The notes under the pieces were generated by a model. That model did no database searches, was not told the origin of the DNA, and was given only the letters and a program-made list of their open reading frames with translations. From the NCBI GenBank assembly GCA_976226885.1, contig OZ320313.1, positions 23,250,001-23,314,000 on the forward strand: a stretch of 64,000 bases of DNA. Reading direction: 5' to 3'. Positions 23,963-37,100 of the stretch are shown here, one piece after another; within the stretch, counting starts at the first letter, position 1; the number at the start of each line of letters is the position of its first letter. This DNA comes from Iphione sp. A-MEVVRFRX5 (taxonomy: Eukaryota). Both the position numbers and the translations under genes were made by a program.

Positions 23963-24656
23963 TTTTGATTTGAAAAACCTTGTATTGAGCAGTACTATCA
24001 TCTGCTATAGATGTGTTTTCAATGTACAACTCATCCTCACATTGTACAATTAAAAGGACCGCTCACTGTTCTTGGAGTTTTAAAGCTGCCATGACAAATA
24101 TTTCTTTACAATAATACAGTTGATTCATAAAGAAAAAAGAAACACAAAAGACAAAATAACAACCTTCTTAATCATTTGTACAAACCAAATTAAGGATTTT
24201 TAAACCAATCACATTTTCTTTAAATAGTTCCTTATCATACTGCAACCCTTCACCTTCACAGATTGTGGTAGCAGATTCCACCATTTTACCCCCTCAATTA
24301 TAAAACTTTGCTCATACAATGTCAGTATATCTCTCCTCCTTTAACTGAATAACCATACTAGATTTAATATTTAATTTCTTCTTTACCTTACAATAACCTA
24401 ACTCATACATATTGGTTATTAACAATAATAAGTAATAATTCAACCTCTTTTCATAGTCCAGAATACCATTGGTGTTTAACCATTCTTTGATTTCTTTCAC
24501 ATCTGCCCAGTTAAGCATCACACAAGATCTTATCGCTCTGTACCAAGCACTCAACAACCTTTGGGCATCATGTTTTCTTACACCACTGAGAAAGGCAATC
24601 CCATAATCCAAATGTGGAATCACAAACATTTTAAACAAATGTATACCGAGTTCCAC
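23963..24656 (-). mobile_element. Decayed 3' end of a LINE (CR1/L2/Crack-like ORF2 C-terminus plus 3' UTR)
   Basis: LFKMFVIPHLDYG..QRLLSAWYRAIRS resembles the post-RT LYKSLxLPHxDY..RLQNRAAR motif. After one frameshift it reads EQSFIIEGVKWWNLLPQSVK..YLKKM* (stop at 24209-24211), like the SF..G.KLWN.LP terminus. Tail-like ctcaatacaaggtttttcaaatcaaaa at about 23963-23990. Confidence 0.75.
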
Positions 24657-24691
24657 TTATACGGTTACTTGAGTACACAGACTGGGGTGTA

Positions 24692-25249
24692 AGGCCCAGT
24701 TTCCTTGTGTGCGAAGATTTTTCCATACTGTGTGTCTAGTCCGGGAAATGTGCTATTTTCTGCACATCCGCAGACACCGGTTTCTTTAGTGTACGGATTT
24801 TTTTCCTACTCTGTACGGATTTTAGAGAGAGAGAGAGACAAAGAGAGACAGAGAGAGTCAGATAAAGAGATGTAATGTATGGAGGTTGAGACATATCAGT
24901 AGAAATTGTGCAGTTTTTTATGGAGGCTGAGACATATCAGTAGAAATTGTGCAGTTTTTATGCAAATGATATGCAAATTAAAAAATATTTCACAACATCT
25001 AACATATGTTTCATAGTTTTTCTCTTTCTTAAAATGCATCCAACCCCTTTTTATATACTTCTGGTATGTCCGTGCTCCGGAATCCGAAAAAAAACGAGCA
25101 CTGTTATTTTTCGGTCTCCGGACCACGGACCACGGGCCACAGACACGGACACATGGGACACCCTTTGTTGAAATCAGTGAGATCATTTTTTTCTGGGCCA
25201 CGCAGTCGATGGCCTGGGGAGAAAATCCATACACAAGGACACCAGGCCT
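24692..25249 (+). mobile_element. TA-flanked MITE with AGGCC termini
   Basis: TA|AGGCCCAGTTTCCTTGTGT ... ACACAAGGACACCAGGCCT|TA. Internal (GA)n, a 41-bp tandem duplication at 24878-24962 and cggaccac subterminal repeats. Confidence 0.8.
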
Positions 25250-25464
25250 TACCATTGTTCTGAGTGTAGAATAAGCATCCGCAGTCGGGAGTGTCCACTG
25301 TACCTGAGCTACACCTTCTCTCTTTCTCTCACGAAAGTACTAAATAAGGACAACAATCAAAGTTAATAATTTATTATGTTCATGGTACCCTTCAAAGGGC
25401 ACGTCATGTTTTTTTTATCAATCTTTATTTTTCCAGGAAACTTGAGATGAACAAAGATATGCAT

Positions 25465-25700
25465 ATGAATGATAGTACATGTACAGGATTCATGTCTCCT
25501 CCAGGGTATCAAGTGTGAGCTCACACCTCTCCAGGTCACGCCTACATTTCCCATCTTTAGATGAACAAAGATATACATATGGTGATCCTGGTCATGGTAA
25601 AAGCGATCGGTCAGATTCATGAATGATAGTACATGTATAAGATTCATATTCTCCTCCAGGGTATCAAGTGTGAGCTCACACCTCTCCAGGTCACACCTAT
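25465..25700. repeat. About 85-bp direct duplication (period about 155) containing a perfect 14-bp palindrome
   Basis: atgaatgatagtacatgta..ctcctccagggtatcaagtgtgagctcacacctctccaggtcac occurs twice. GTGTGAGCTCACAC at 25513-25526 and 25668-25681. Confidence 0.85.
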
Positions 25701-25820
25701 ATCTCACACCTGTGGTCTATTGTCCCCTTGGCAGCTTTGTACCCCTCTAGGATACGCCTTCTCACCTTTGGTCTATTGTCCTCCTGACAGAATTCTACCC
25801 CTCCAGGTCACCGCCTCCAG
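25690..25820 (+). repeat. About 57-60-bp minisatellite, same family as 47510-47765 (opposite strand)
   Basis: ctcacacctgtggtctattgtccccttggcagctttgtacccctctagg matches the reverse complement of the 47.6-kb units. Confidence 0.7.
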
Positions 25821-28458
25821 GGTGTCTGTCGACTGTACTCTATTAAAATCAGCGTTTGGAGCTGTAGAAAGCCGGTCCACAGGCAGGTGTCCACTATAAG
25901 GATATTAGGGGGGGGCTCGAGGAAATGTATCAATGCATTGTCCGAGTTGTCTGCAGTCGCCGGGCATCTAGAGACAGAGGTTTTACTCGATTTGCAAAGA
26001 ATGTGACTATGCTAGATATTTCACATGATATTGGTAGGTTGCTCTGCACCCGGTTTTACCTGTGTATATGATAGAGAAGAAAACGGTAATATACTTGATG
26101 GATACTGAATAATGTACCAACTACATCTATAGGGTCAATGGAAATTTAAAAATTAGAAGTGTATGGATTGTCCTTGACTTGACATAATTGGCTAAATATT
26201 GAGGGGTTAATGTATATTACGTTATAATTTCGTAACCTCCTTAAGGTAAACGTGCAGCCGGCCTATGTGAAATCATCTGTTCTTGCATGCTGCCACAATA
26301 GTCCTGATATGGACCACTAGGAGAGACGTTTTCTGGTGGCTGGCTTGTGCTATTTTACTCCTGTGGCGTCTCATTTGGATTTGGACTGCTAGATATGATT
26401 TGGGCCAGTCTTTAGAGGATGAGGTTGATGTTATACTAAAAAGGTTTTTGGCAAGTGGTCCATGCAATGTACTGTCAAATGTCTCCGGTATGTCTATGAA
26501 GGCACAGCCTAGATAATAACTGTTTTTGATCTCAGGGACATGTCTTCATAGATTTGAGGCTATGGCGATCTTTTGACGAGTAAAAGCCATATGGAATATT
26601 TCAGTTTAATCTCGAAAGAGAACCAGTACCAGTATCCAGGGCAAAGAATGTGCCCCTGGAGACTCGTCGATGATTTACAGATTGATTTATATATTTTACT
26701 GATAATTTTAAAGAAGTGAACTTTCTATAGGTACATGTTCTTTGGATGGGTGTTTATATCTGGTAGGAATTCTGTACTATTATGTCCCCATTCATGGCTG
26801 TGGGCGAGTTATAACCAGTTCTCACGCTCTAGCTTTCGTGATTAAAACGATCCAGAATAGCTTGTAGAAAGAGTATCCAAATACTGTGTCCTGTTCTTTT
26901 AAAACAAGAAAATACTGTCGTTCCAAGGCCTATGTAATTATTCCGCAATTACATACGTATAATAGTAACCTTGACTGTGTTCACCTTTGCTACACATAAC
27001 TGGCATCGCTTCATTCAGAAAAAAATACGTAACTACTTTAACTGTTAGCGATAGCATTCCTGCACGGACATTCAGACCGCAATGCTCAATCCCTTCTCCA
27101 TTTTAAACGGACACCTACCCTTTCTACATTTGATATATACGTCCATCTTTTCAAAGCAATCCATCCGGATCTTGGGAGGTGACAGGTAGGTTTCTATTCC
27201 AATGATTTCTTTCGACTTGTTTTTTATTAATCGCTAATAAACAGTGTATATGTTAACCTACTGCTTGTACTTAGACTAGAAAGGTTCTAAACCCTTACAT
27301 GATAATTTCAATGTTTTTGCTGTCACATACCGGCCTCTCCTGTTCAACAGCGCCCGTCCATTGACACATGGTATTCGTGTATGCAGGATAATAGTTCATT
27401 GAACAGGGTTAGACCATCCACAAGTGATAAATGTTTAAGCACTAGATATTCACATACGTCTAGGCATGCCGTATCATATTAATAGTCATGTAACACATTT
27501 TAGAACCAGTATGTGTCGTCACTGCTTATGGAAGGTAATACCTGTCATTTCTTAGAAGTGCTGATTAGGATTACTCCGAGCAATATCACAACTAGAATAC
27601 AGTGGCAACTTACCCTGAGGGCAACTTAACCGAGGGCAACCCACAATTAACAGCACGTTTGGAAGGTCCCACTACTATATGATAGGAAAAGTAACCCTCC
27701 GGTCGCTTGTTACTGTATTTAATCTAACTGTGACATGCATATTGCTGTCTATCATAAACTGATACACGTTTGGGATATGGGAGATAGGTAAAGCTTCTGT
27801 ATGTTAGTGGTGGTTTGCTTAATATAGGCCTGTACATAACCTTTTGACTTTGTGTTTTGAAAGTGGGCGGTTGTTCTACTCTAAGTAAAACCTCTTAAGA
27901 TTATCATACACGATGAAGAAAATTTATTATATCAAATGCATCAAAGTTTGACGGTAGCTCTGGATGATCTAAATTATTCATCCATGCAGTTAACAGCTAG
28001 AATAATCCGTGTATCAAAGAAATTTTGTCACTTCACATATATTCCTACGGGAACTGCTTGTACGCGGAGGGGGGGGGGGGAGGACAGGAGTGGTGGATGA
28101 ACTCGCGAACTCCCCCTCCCATCCACATTTGTTACGGGATATTCAATGTGGTACGGCATTGTATTGAATGCAATCTGCATTCCTGGGGTATTAGATATGC
28201 CTCAATTGACACATCGCCATACTGTCACATGGCCACACCCACCCATCACAACGTGACAATCATACTTTCACTACGGTCATGTACAATGATAAAAAAAAAT
28301 TTAAAACAAAGCTATGGAACACTTGGATTGACAGACATCGTGACCCTAAAACATGTTATCCTGTCTTGCAGTTATGTGTCAATTGCCATGAAAAAACACG
28401 CAATTTCCACCGATATGCCTCAATCTCTATGAATAATCTCTCTCCTTGTGTGTGGGGG

Positions 28459-28510
<52 letters not shown>

Positions 28511-28514
28511 TGGA

Positions 28515-28612
28515 TGCATGGAAACTGGGTCTCCATGCTCGTCCAGAAAATAGCCCATTTCCAGACTTGATACACAGTATGGACAAAACATATGCACATG
28601 GAAAATGGGCCT
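28515..28612 (-). mobile_element. Left-end fragment of the 24692-25249 MITE family
   Basis: Reverse complement gaggcccattttccatgtg..tccatactgtgtatcaagtctggaaatgggctattttctg aligns with aaggcccagtttccttgtg..tccatactgtgtgtctagtccgggaaatgtgctattttctg. Confidence 0.7.
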
Positions 28613-31600
28613 CAATCCTTTGATTCTTATCTTAGTTCTTGACATGTTTAAAAACATGCACACGCATATCGTCAACAGAACCAGAGAATAACAGTCATGG
28701 CTAATAAGTGTGGTCTGAAAGACTAAACTAGCTGTTGAATATCATGTTTCTCTTGGACTGCATGGTCAGCCTTTTCACCCCAATATCATAGGAATTTTTG
28801 TAAAAAGCTGAACTGAATGTCCTTACAATGAAAGTGTCACTAAGTGTGTGAGTGGAATTATAACAATTGTAAAAAAAATAATCTCAGCTGATTCTGGTAC
28901 AATTGATATTAAACAGACTTATTACTATGCGGCGATACATCATCTGCAGCTTGAAAATAAACGCAGGTTTCTACAGTACTAACAATCAAAGATTAGTCAC
29001 CTTGGCATAACTGTAACGGAAAATTCTGGTTCATGTCTTTATACCAGTCATCTAAGAAGCCATGGGGCAACGGAGCGGTAAACAATGTTATTTTGGGCTG
29101 TTTTTCCAAGAATATTTAATGACTAAATTAAACGTATTCGTACAATAATTTCGCGGCGCTAGGTCAAACAGAACAAGAAGAGACAACGTACGCGGTGGAA
29201 CTAATCACAAGGTCAACATATCGGAACAAACAATGGTACAATATAGATGAATCATTAATTACTGCCTGAAATACATTTTACCCTTCCTTTCCTCAAAGCC
29301 CTTCAGGATATAAGGAGGAAGGTGTTTTCTGTGAAGTAAATTGGATGTGCGGTCGTGACATTCACTCTTCAACTGCGTAGATTATTCAGAGACATTTTAA
29401 TGATAAGATTAGACTTACACTTAACATCAGTAAATAAGAGCTGAAAGCAAGCAGGTCCGACCTATAAATGATAGTAGACGACTGTCTTTGCTACCTGAGG
29501 TACCGTGACCGTTCTCAAGGCTGGCCTTGTCTTTTTATTCTCAATTTCTTCTGGGAAAAAGTTCGAGTACCTAGGTACAAAAAGGCCTGGCAGTGCAGAA
29601 AGTGCAAGGATTTATCCATCTCTATATACACAGTACTACGGGCCCGTGGTCTGCCCCGATTGCATAGCGTGACCACTGCCTCATTAACAGGACCAAAAAG
29701 TGTAGGGTCCTCGCTTCTAGACTAAATGACACTTTTCACAATGACTGTGTTGAGACGGTGAGCGACAGTAACAGGAGAGGCTAGGTCTGTGCTTTCAACA
29801 AGGTTGATGCTGTGTGAGCCTTTTCGGCTCAACCAAACCAACAAGCTAACATCATAGGGACGCTCGAAAACATTGACTGAAATGGTCTCAGAGACTCAGA
29901 AATAACGGCTTCCATAATGTGTTCCTAACCATAGAACCAATGTGTGAAAAACATTTTCTAAGAAGTCCTTAATAGGTGCTGTCTTTTATCACCTTTTCCT
30001 GACTAGTTTAGAGCACCTTCCTAAAATAAATAATATAATATTTGAAACATGACGTTTCAGCATTTTGCAATCTCCTTGACTACTTTTGTCGCCTTTTATG
30101 AATGTGCTTTTTTCTTCATATTTATGCCTTTCCTAGCTTGTCTTCCATGCATCTTGAGGTCATATACCTTATTTCGGAGGGTTAGAGACTAGAATACCTT
30201 GGTAACACATTTTGTTTACGGGATCGTAAATTGTGACAAACAGAAAAAATAGCCAAATAACGTGGTTTCTAAGTTCTGAGAATGCAGAAAGTAACAAGCC
30301 TGTACACCTGTAAAAATCATTCTATAGGAAAATGATAGCCCTTCCTACGATCTACACTCATTATAAGTCAGCTCGGGTATCGGGCTAATGAGGGTCAGAT
30401 CAGAACCATATAATTTGCCTTTAGAAAATCCTTCTATACTAATAAGGTCATTTCCTAATAAGCTCAATTTATGTCAGTTCCATAGGCGACGGTATTGGAG
30501 GGATTGTTTTTAGGAGGCAGTTGTGAAATACATACAGGCCTAAACACCTCCAGCCTGACAGAGTGTTTGTTACAGTTCTCCTTCAGCAGCTGAGCCGTCG
30601 CATAATGTCAGGTAAAATGTTTACACACTTAGAAGGGTTTCTTCGGAGCGGCTTTCTTCAAAGGCCTGGGTAATACATGTACAGACATATATGTGCACAA
30701 TGGAAACAAGATCTACTCATTATTATCACCCGTAATGAATCGTTCATAAGGTGACTACTGTACAGAGGGATCACCCTGGATATACATGTATACTCTGTAC
30801 AGTGATGCTGGATCTAGGGGTCATCGACCTGGAATTACGTAGGTGATTTGTGTCACAGGGTGTGAATCAATGTCGGATGGGTACATTGACACCAGGTAAG
30901 TAGTCTCATTGTCATAGGTAAGACGGACTCCACCAATTGATGGATACCTTCCAGGTCGGTGGGAATACCCAGGTCAGGCCTATGTTCGCCCTGAGGCACG
31001 TTTCTCAGCAATAGACCCATTATTTTTTTGTTATGTGGGCTGATCTGAAGGAGATATACACACAACATGGGGCTACCGTATAACAAGTTAATCAAACTAT
31101 ATTGGGATTCACCTAAATTCCGACTGAGCGTATGAAATTACGATGCGGGTAAAACCAGGATAGGCGCACATCTAAAGAGATGGCCTGGGAAAGAACCAAA
31201 ATCTATCCCCCACGGAGGCTCTTTACTATATATACAATGTAAAATGTGAAAGATATGAACAACAAAAGCAAATGAAAGACTTCTTTTTGCCATTGTGCCA
31301 TCATTAAATAGGTACCTAAAAGCTGGAGTTGAATATAATAATAGTAACAATAATAAATAAATTTTATTCTTCCACATATCATCCTACCGGACAGTTTTCC
31401 TAGTACAGAAGTGCAATTACAACATTATACTGACATGAATCTAACTGTATAACAAGGTGAAGCGACTGTAATGTGATATAAATTATGAAGTGAGAGTTAT
31501 AAGAGTTGGAATATTATTAGAACATACATGCAATCTAGTGTGTTGAAGAGGGTTGCACTCAGGAATTTAACTGGATTGTTGAATTCAGTAATATCTCGGA

Positions 31601-33674
31601 TATTTCTGTAGATTGGGTCCAGTTGATTCCACAAAGATATGCCAACATAGGCAACAGAGTTTCTGACCTTTTTGCTTTTGGAATAAACGGAGAAATTTGA
31701 GACCCATCTGAGTTCCTGTTATGATCTCTAACAAGTGTACCAATATGCAACAACAGAAGGCAGTGCAAGAGTTGAAACCTTTTTTCTGACATTGTGTAAA
31801 CTTTAAACAGGTACCAAATAACTGGAGCTGAATATACAGTGAACATACGTCTACATATGAACAGCAGAACCTAGTGGAAGACTTGTGTCCGTCTGAAAAC
31901 TTCTTTCTGCCAGTGTGAAATCTTTTGACAGGTACCTAACCGTTGGAGTTGTTATGGAACTGAGACATCCACAGTACTCTATTCCCGTCACGAATTGGTC
32001 GCTCATTAAACAGACATCAGACAGACTTTCGCCGCCAATGTTCGCTATACATGGAGGGCTGTGAATAAAACTGTAGCTAAAGCCAATGCTTTAAAAAAGT
32101 TTATAGTATTAAGATACAGAGTACACATGTTAGTATTTTAAACAATTTACATGTAATCTATATTAAAATTCCATTGACCTTTTCCTATAAAAACCATTAA
32201 TTTCTTTACGAAGTGCTAGAAGCCTACAAAGAGGTTTCTCCATTCATTTGTACTTAAACATGTAGGTGTTAGTTTTTATTAACACATTAACACATATGAA
32301 AAGTGTTCGGCAAGAAGTGTTCCAAAGTTAACACTTGTCTTACATTGTATATACTGAACCTGAGGTGTTCATGCCTCTTTATGGAGCCTACATGAAACGA
32401 ATTTATTTTCACCTGTATTGTATGGAGTTTAGGTGGTTTCGTAGCACTCCGTATACGGGTATGATGTTAGAAAGCGTGCCAATGTTGCATACATGGTAAC
32501 ACTTTAGTAATAATTTGTATGTGTATTAACATCTATAAAAGTTTTAAAGAAATAAAATGCACTCTAGGGAGTCGTAATTCTAATAATCATCTGAGTGATA
32601 TTTTCCATGATGTAGCGACGGAAACTTTTTCTAAATACGTTCCTTTGGTAATCTATTCACGACAGAAGATGGTCAACATCGCCTTATTCGTTGCTAAGCG
32701 AAACCATGACATTCTGCAGAAAAAAAGACTAAATTATTGCATCTGACTTTGCGGTAATAATTAATATAAATGAGTCATGCATCATTGCATCAGTACTATA
32801 TTATGTACCTTTATCACAGCTGGCTGGGATGGAATACCATCAGGATGATAGCTAAATTTACATTACACACAGTTGCATATATCAAGCTAGTATGGATACA
32901 TATATACGTAGCCAAGAAACGACTCGACTTATAAAAGGAATCCAGCCCAATGTCCCAGGCTCTCATTAACGTCAATGATTTTTTTTACTAATTCAACCAA
33001 ATGAAGTTGTCCCGCCACTTATTCACACCTTCTCGTTCCGTCTCCTTATGTCTGCCCCACCTCTTGTCAACCCTGCCACAATCAACACCCAATTCGCAGC
33101 TATCTGGAATTAGACTGGATTGAAACTTCTAGACCAGCTGGAACCAATTGCTGTCGTGTTTTTTCAGTGATATTACACAAAAAGTTAAATAATTCTGTGT
33201 ATGGCTCACTAACCATCGAGTAAGACAAGTCTGATATTGTTTTCATTGAATTACAATAGGCATGTTATTCCAGGCACAGTCAGAATGAAAATAAACGCTT
33301 CTTCCAAGAGGAAATACCGAGAAAATATGACAGTTTCGATAACCTAAATATGATTGTCGTCCCATTAAAGTACAAAGGCTAAACACAAAACAACGTAATG
33401 CCTCTGGTTGTCTAATTGAAATGCCATATAAGACATTTATTTGTCCACAGATGCAATTTGAATACGCTAACCATCCGTCTACTTAGCATTGCCATTACGT
33501 TGAATTCATGTATATATGTCAGCGTTGTCGCACTACCATGCTTTGGTTGGTCCGTTTCCTCTTATTGTGACAGAGTACAGTAGAACGCCAATTTACGACT
33601 AGAATTGATTGTGGGGGTCAAGCCTGGAAATATATGTACTGCCTTTCTCCCCTCTCTCTACTAAGTACATACAT

Positions 33675-34120
33675 GTCCTAAAAGTGCAGAATTTGATGAG
33701 TAAACGTCAAAAAAGTGGTGAATTTGATTAGTCGAAATCCAAAACATACTGAATTTGATGAACAAGGACTGTAAAAGTGCATACACCTGAGCGACCTTTG
33801 AGGGGTCACAGCTGATGCCTTAGGTCGGCTTGGGTCGTACTTCTGCCATTATTCTTTTGAGCACGACTTTAGAGGGATCATTGTTGACATCTTGGGTTGG
33901 CTTGGGTTATACTTTAGTCATTCCTTTGAGCAGGACTTCAAATAGTTGGAAATCAACATTAAAATACAATAGATATGATCCTAGTGTAGGTGGTTGGAGG
34001 CCGATATTGGTCGGTAATTGATTTGGTCAGAAATCGATCACTTTGCATATTGGTTATCTATAGAAAATATTTCCCTACAAGCTCAATTAGTTGGATTAGC
34101 AAATTTGGTCGGAAATCAAT
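33675..34120 (+). mobile_element. Older partial copy of the 9083-9983 foldback-like family
   Basis: About 3.3 degenerate 31-bp units (gtcctaaaagtgcagaatttgatgag..) at 33675-33780, plus aatttggtcggaaatcaat-type internal motifs near 34020-34110 matching 9472-9490. Confidence 0.6.
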
Positions 34121-37100
34121 GCAGTCATAAATAGGTATTCAACTGTTATTGTATATATCACATACAGGTGTTGATTGCAGCCTATTGCGGCTATGCAAAA
34201 TATGATATAATGTATTCTACAACGGATGGGGAGGGGGTTATTCCCAAGCAGCTCCCCTTTAATAGAGGTAGCATTCCTTAATGGTAGCTGAATGCTAGCT
34301 ATTAGTATACATCTTACCAAGATACCTGCACCATACTCAATGATACATATGCGGCATTCTGTTCATACATTGACCACAGAGTAATTTGTGGGATATGGCT
34401 TATATTTGGTAAGTTATTGGTAAATGCCGAACTTAATTCTAACGTCTTTACATAGACGACTCCCAGGGTGAAAGGAACCTAGGCCGTCTTCACTGAATGT
34501 GAGATGTATTTCTTCATTAGGCAGCGCGCTCCGTTTCCTAAATGCGCAGTTATTGCCAGGACTGACAACATAAAAATGACATCATAGTAATCTCCAAAGC
34601 GCAACACATGTAGTTGCAACGAATATGTTTTTTTTTTCAATTTTCGCATTCTGTATTTAATATGCAGGTACTAGTGTGTTCACAAAACACTAATACACTC
34701 TTCTGTGAACCTATTCTGCAATCAACAGACCAACAACATTTTCTTAGGGAGATAAGTTTGATTACTAGATTGTAAATCAGGCCACGTATTCCTCAACGCT
34801 GAGCATCCTCCTGTAGTGTACTTGGATGACTAATTAGTGGATTTGGGAATTCTCTTAGAAATTTCTTATGTTTGCTGCGATGTTGTCAGACCTGTTTACC
34901 TTTGCTTGACATCACCACACCCAGAATCACCCTGAACCTTCCTCCTGCAATCTGAATAAAGTAGGGCGGAGATGGCAGCAGAGAGTGAGACATGACTATA
35001 AGTGGCCCAGGTGCGCCAAGATAGAACAATGATCGAATAGATCTGTGTCCTCAACTACCTGATGCTAGAAGCTGCGGCCGTCCTGCCAAAGGTCAAGGTC
35101 GTTGTCGGAGAGGAAGTGGACCAAAGGTCAGTGCCCCTAACGGGCAGCGAGCCAAATACTGGCCCCAGTCACAGCCGGCCGATGCCAGAGGAAGCATTCC
35201 AGCCTGGTCACGTGGGTCGCCTTTTCGGACGAGGTGAAGGTCGCGTGGTGGGGGTCAGAGGTCAGGCTCGGGTCGGAAGTCAAGGTGAGGTATCAGAGGC
35301 CGATCAGCTGAGAGAAATGCAATCCCACAGTTCGAGGCTGATCTTGTTGTTTGCTTTTTAGTATCCGTCAAAAAAAACAAAGCAGCCCGTTTTGACCAGC
35401 ACAAACGAAGCCCCCATGCAGCTGTTGCGAAAAAAATTGCACGTACATGAAATATATCGACATATCCATTTGTCTTTTTCGTGCAAAAGAAAATATCACT
35501 TTAACAAATTGACGACATGAACTGTGCGTGGTATTTGGATAACGGCTGCATTTAAATAAACGATATGACCGGTTCATAGAATATAAATATATCTAAACTT
35601 AAATCCGAAGTGTAGTGCAAAGTATTTCTGCTTCATTTCTTTGACATCACAGACAGGAAAACAGGAAGCCACAGTACTGCCTCGATCAATTAAAAGTCGT
35701 ATTTTACAAAAGAATGTACTGCTACAGTACAAGTCGGTGTGTGACAAAGAAAAATTGGCGGATGCCTCCAGGGCCTTGGAAGTTCGAAACATTTTTCACA
35801 AAAAAAATCTCATTCACCAGAAGTGAGGAATAGAATATATTGAGTATAATACAAATTAGGGCCGAGATTGTTGATTTTAGATGTCCATAGTAATTACACC
35901 ATGAACTGCCTCGACGAGAGGTAGGATGATACCATACCTATTATCTGTGTATTTTACCTTTCGTTTTAAACACGAATAGTAGTCGAATTGCAAAGCAAAG
36001 GCCAGGGTCTGCAGGCAGTCACAAAACGCCTTTTTACAGAAGTTGAAATTTACAGATTGTTTCCTGCTAGTTTACCTGGGCTTGACTTTTTTCCGTGTCG
36101 CACCTTTACTTTTTACAAGGCTCCCTGCCGCCCTCGCCCGTAGCTGCTCGGGCAGACACTAGCAAAGTTTTTTTTTTACAAATACAATAAAACGTTTCAA
36201 GTTTCAAGTATACGTGCATACATACATAGGGAGGGAGTTGTAGTTAGAAATTGCAGTGGAGAATATGCCCAGCTTACAAACAGACAGATTAAATATCTAA
36301 TGTTCATACCGTCTGTATTATGTAGATGGAGGCGTTTGAGTTTTGTTCAAGTATTCCCAATATGTTCCACACAGCAACCATCCGTTTACGTGGTGTTCAT
36401 AATGAAAAGCGTGTTGTTTTTTTTTGTTGGGGGGGGGGGGGGTTAGTATTATTGTTAGTTGACCAAAAGTGCGGTGAGATTTGAATGTATGTATGTTCAT
36501 TTCGAAACCCCACCTAGGGACTTGTTTCTATAATAATGTCTTTCCCCCTCGTGCTTGGTTGGTAAATGATATTTTGTTACCGCATTACACGCCGCCTCCA
36601 AGATGTTCAAGGTGCGAAACAAACGCAGCTGTTCTACTAAGAAAGTAACATTAATTCTGTACAGAAAGTATAGAAGAGATGTTTTCATTTGTTGAAGAAT
36701 GTCTTCGGTTGCCAACTGGCATGCACTATAAGTGCGATCTCTCTCCTTTCTTTTTGTTTTGTTTTGTTGCGGTAAAGTAGAACGGAGAAGTTTGGGGCAC
36801 AGGTGGTGATGAAGCTCCACCCATGAAACAAGTCTGTTTCATCTCCTGTCTGGAAGATTCTTTTTTTTTTATTATAATCAATATTATGAACTTGTCAGAG
36901 GGGCGGGTATAGCTTTGTTTCTTCATTTTCTCGGGGATGTACGAACGGATCCGGTGCTTTTCGAATAAACACTCTCCATTAGAGCAGTGGGCTCGTGTTT
37001 GTTAGGACCGATTCAACACCTCGGGGAAGGTATACTCAGGCCCAGGGCAGTGTCCTACATAACTTTTACTGTTTACAACTACCTCCTTACATGGTCTATA

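Noticed and set aside
27598-27718. Possible short TACAGT-ended MITE with a 15-bp internal repeat
   Set aside because: TIR match is limited to about 7 bp.
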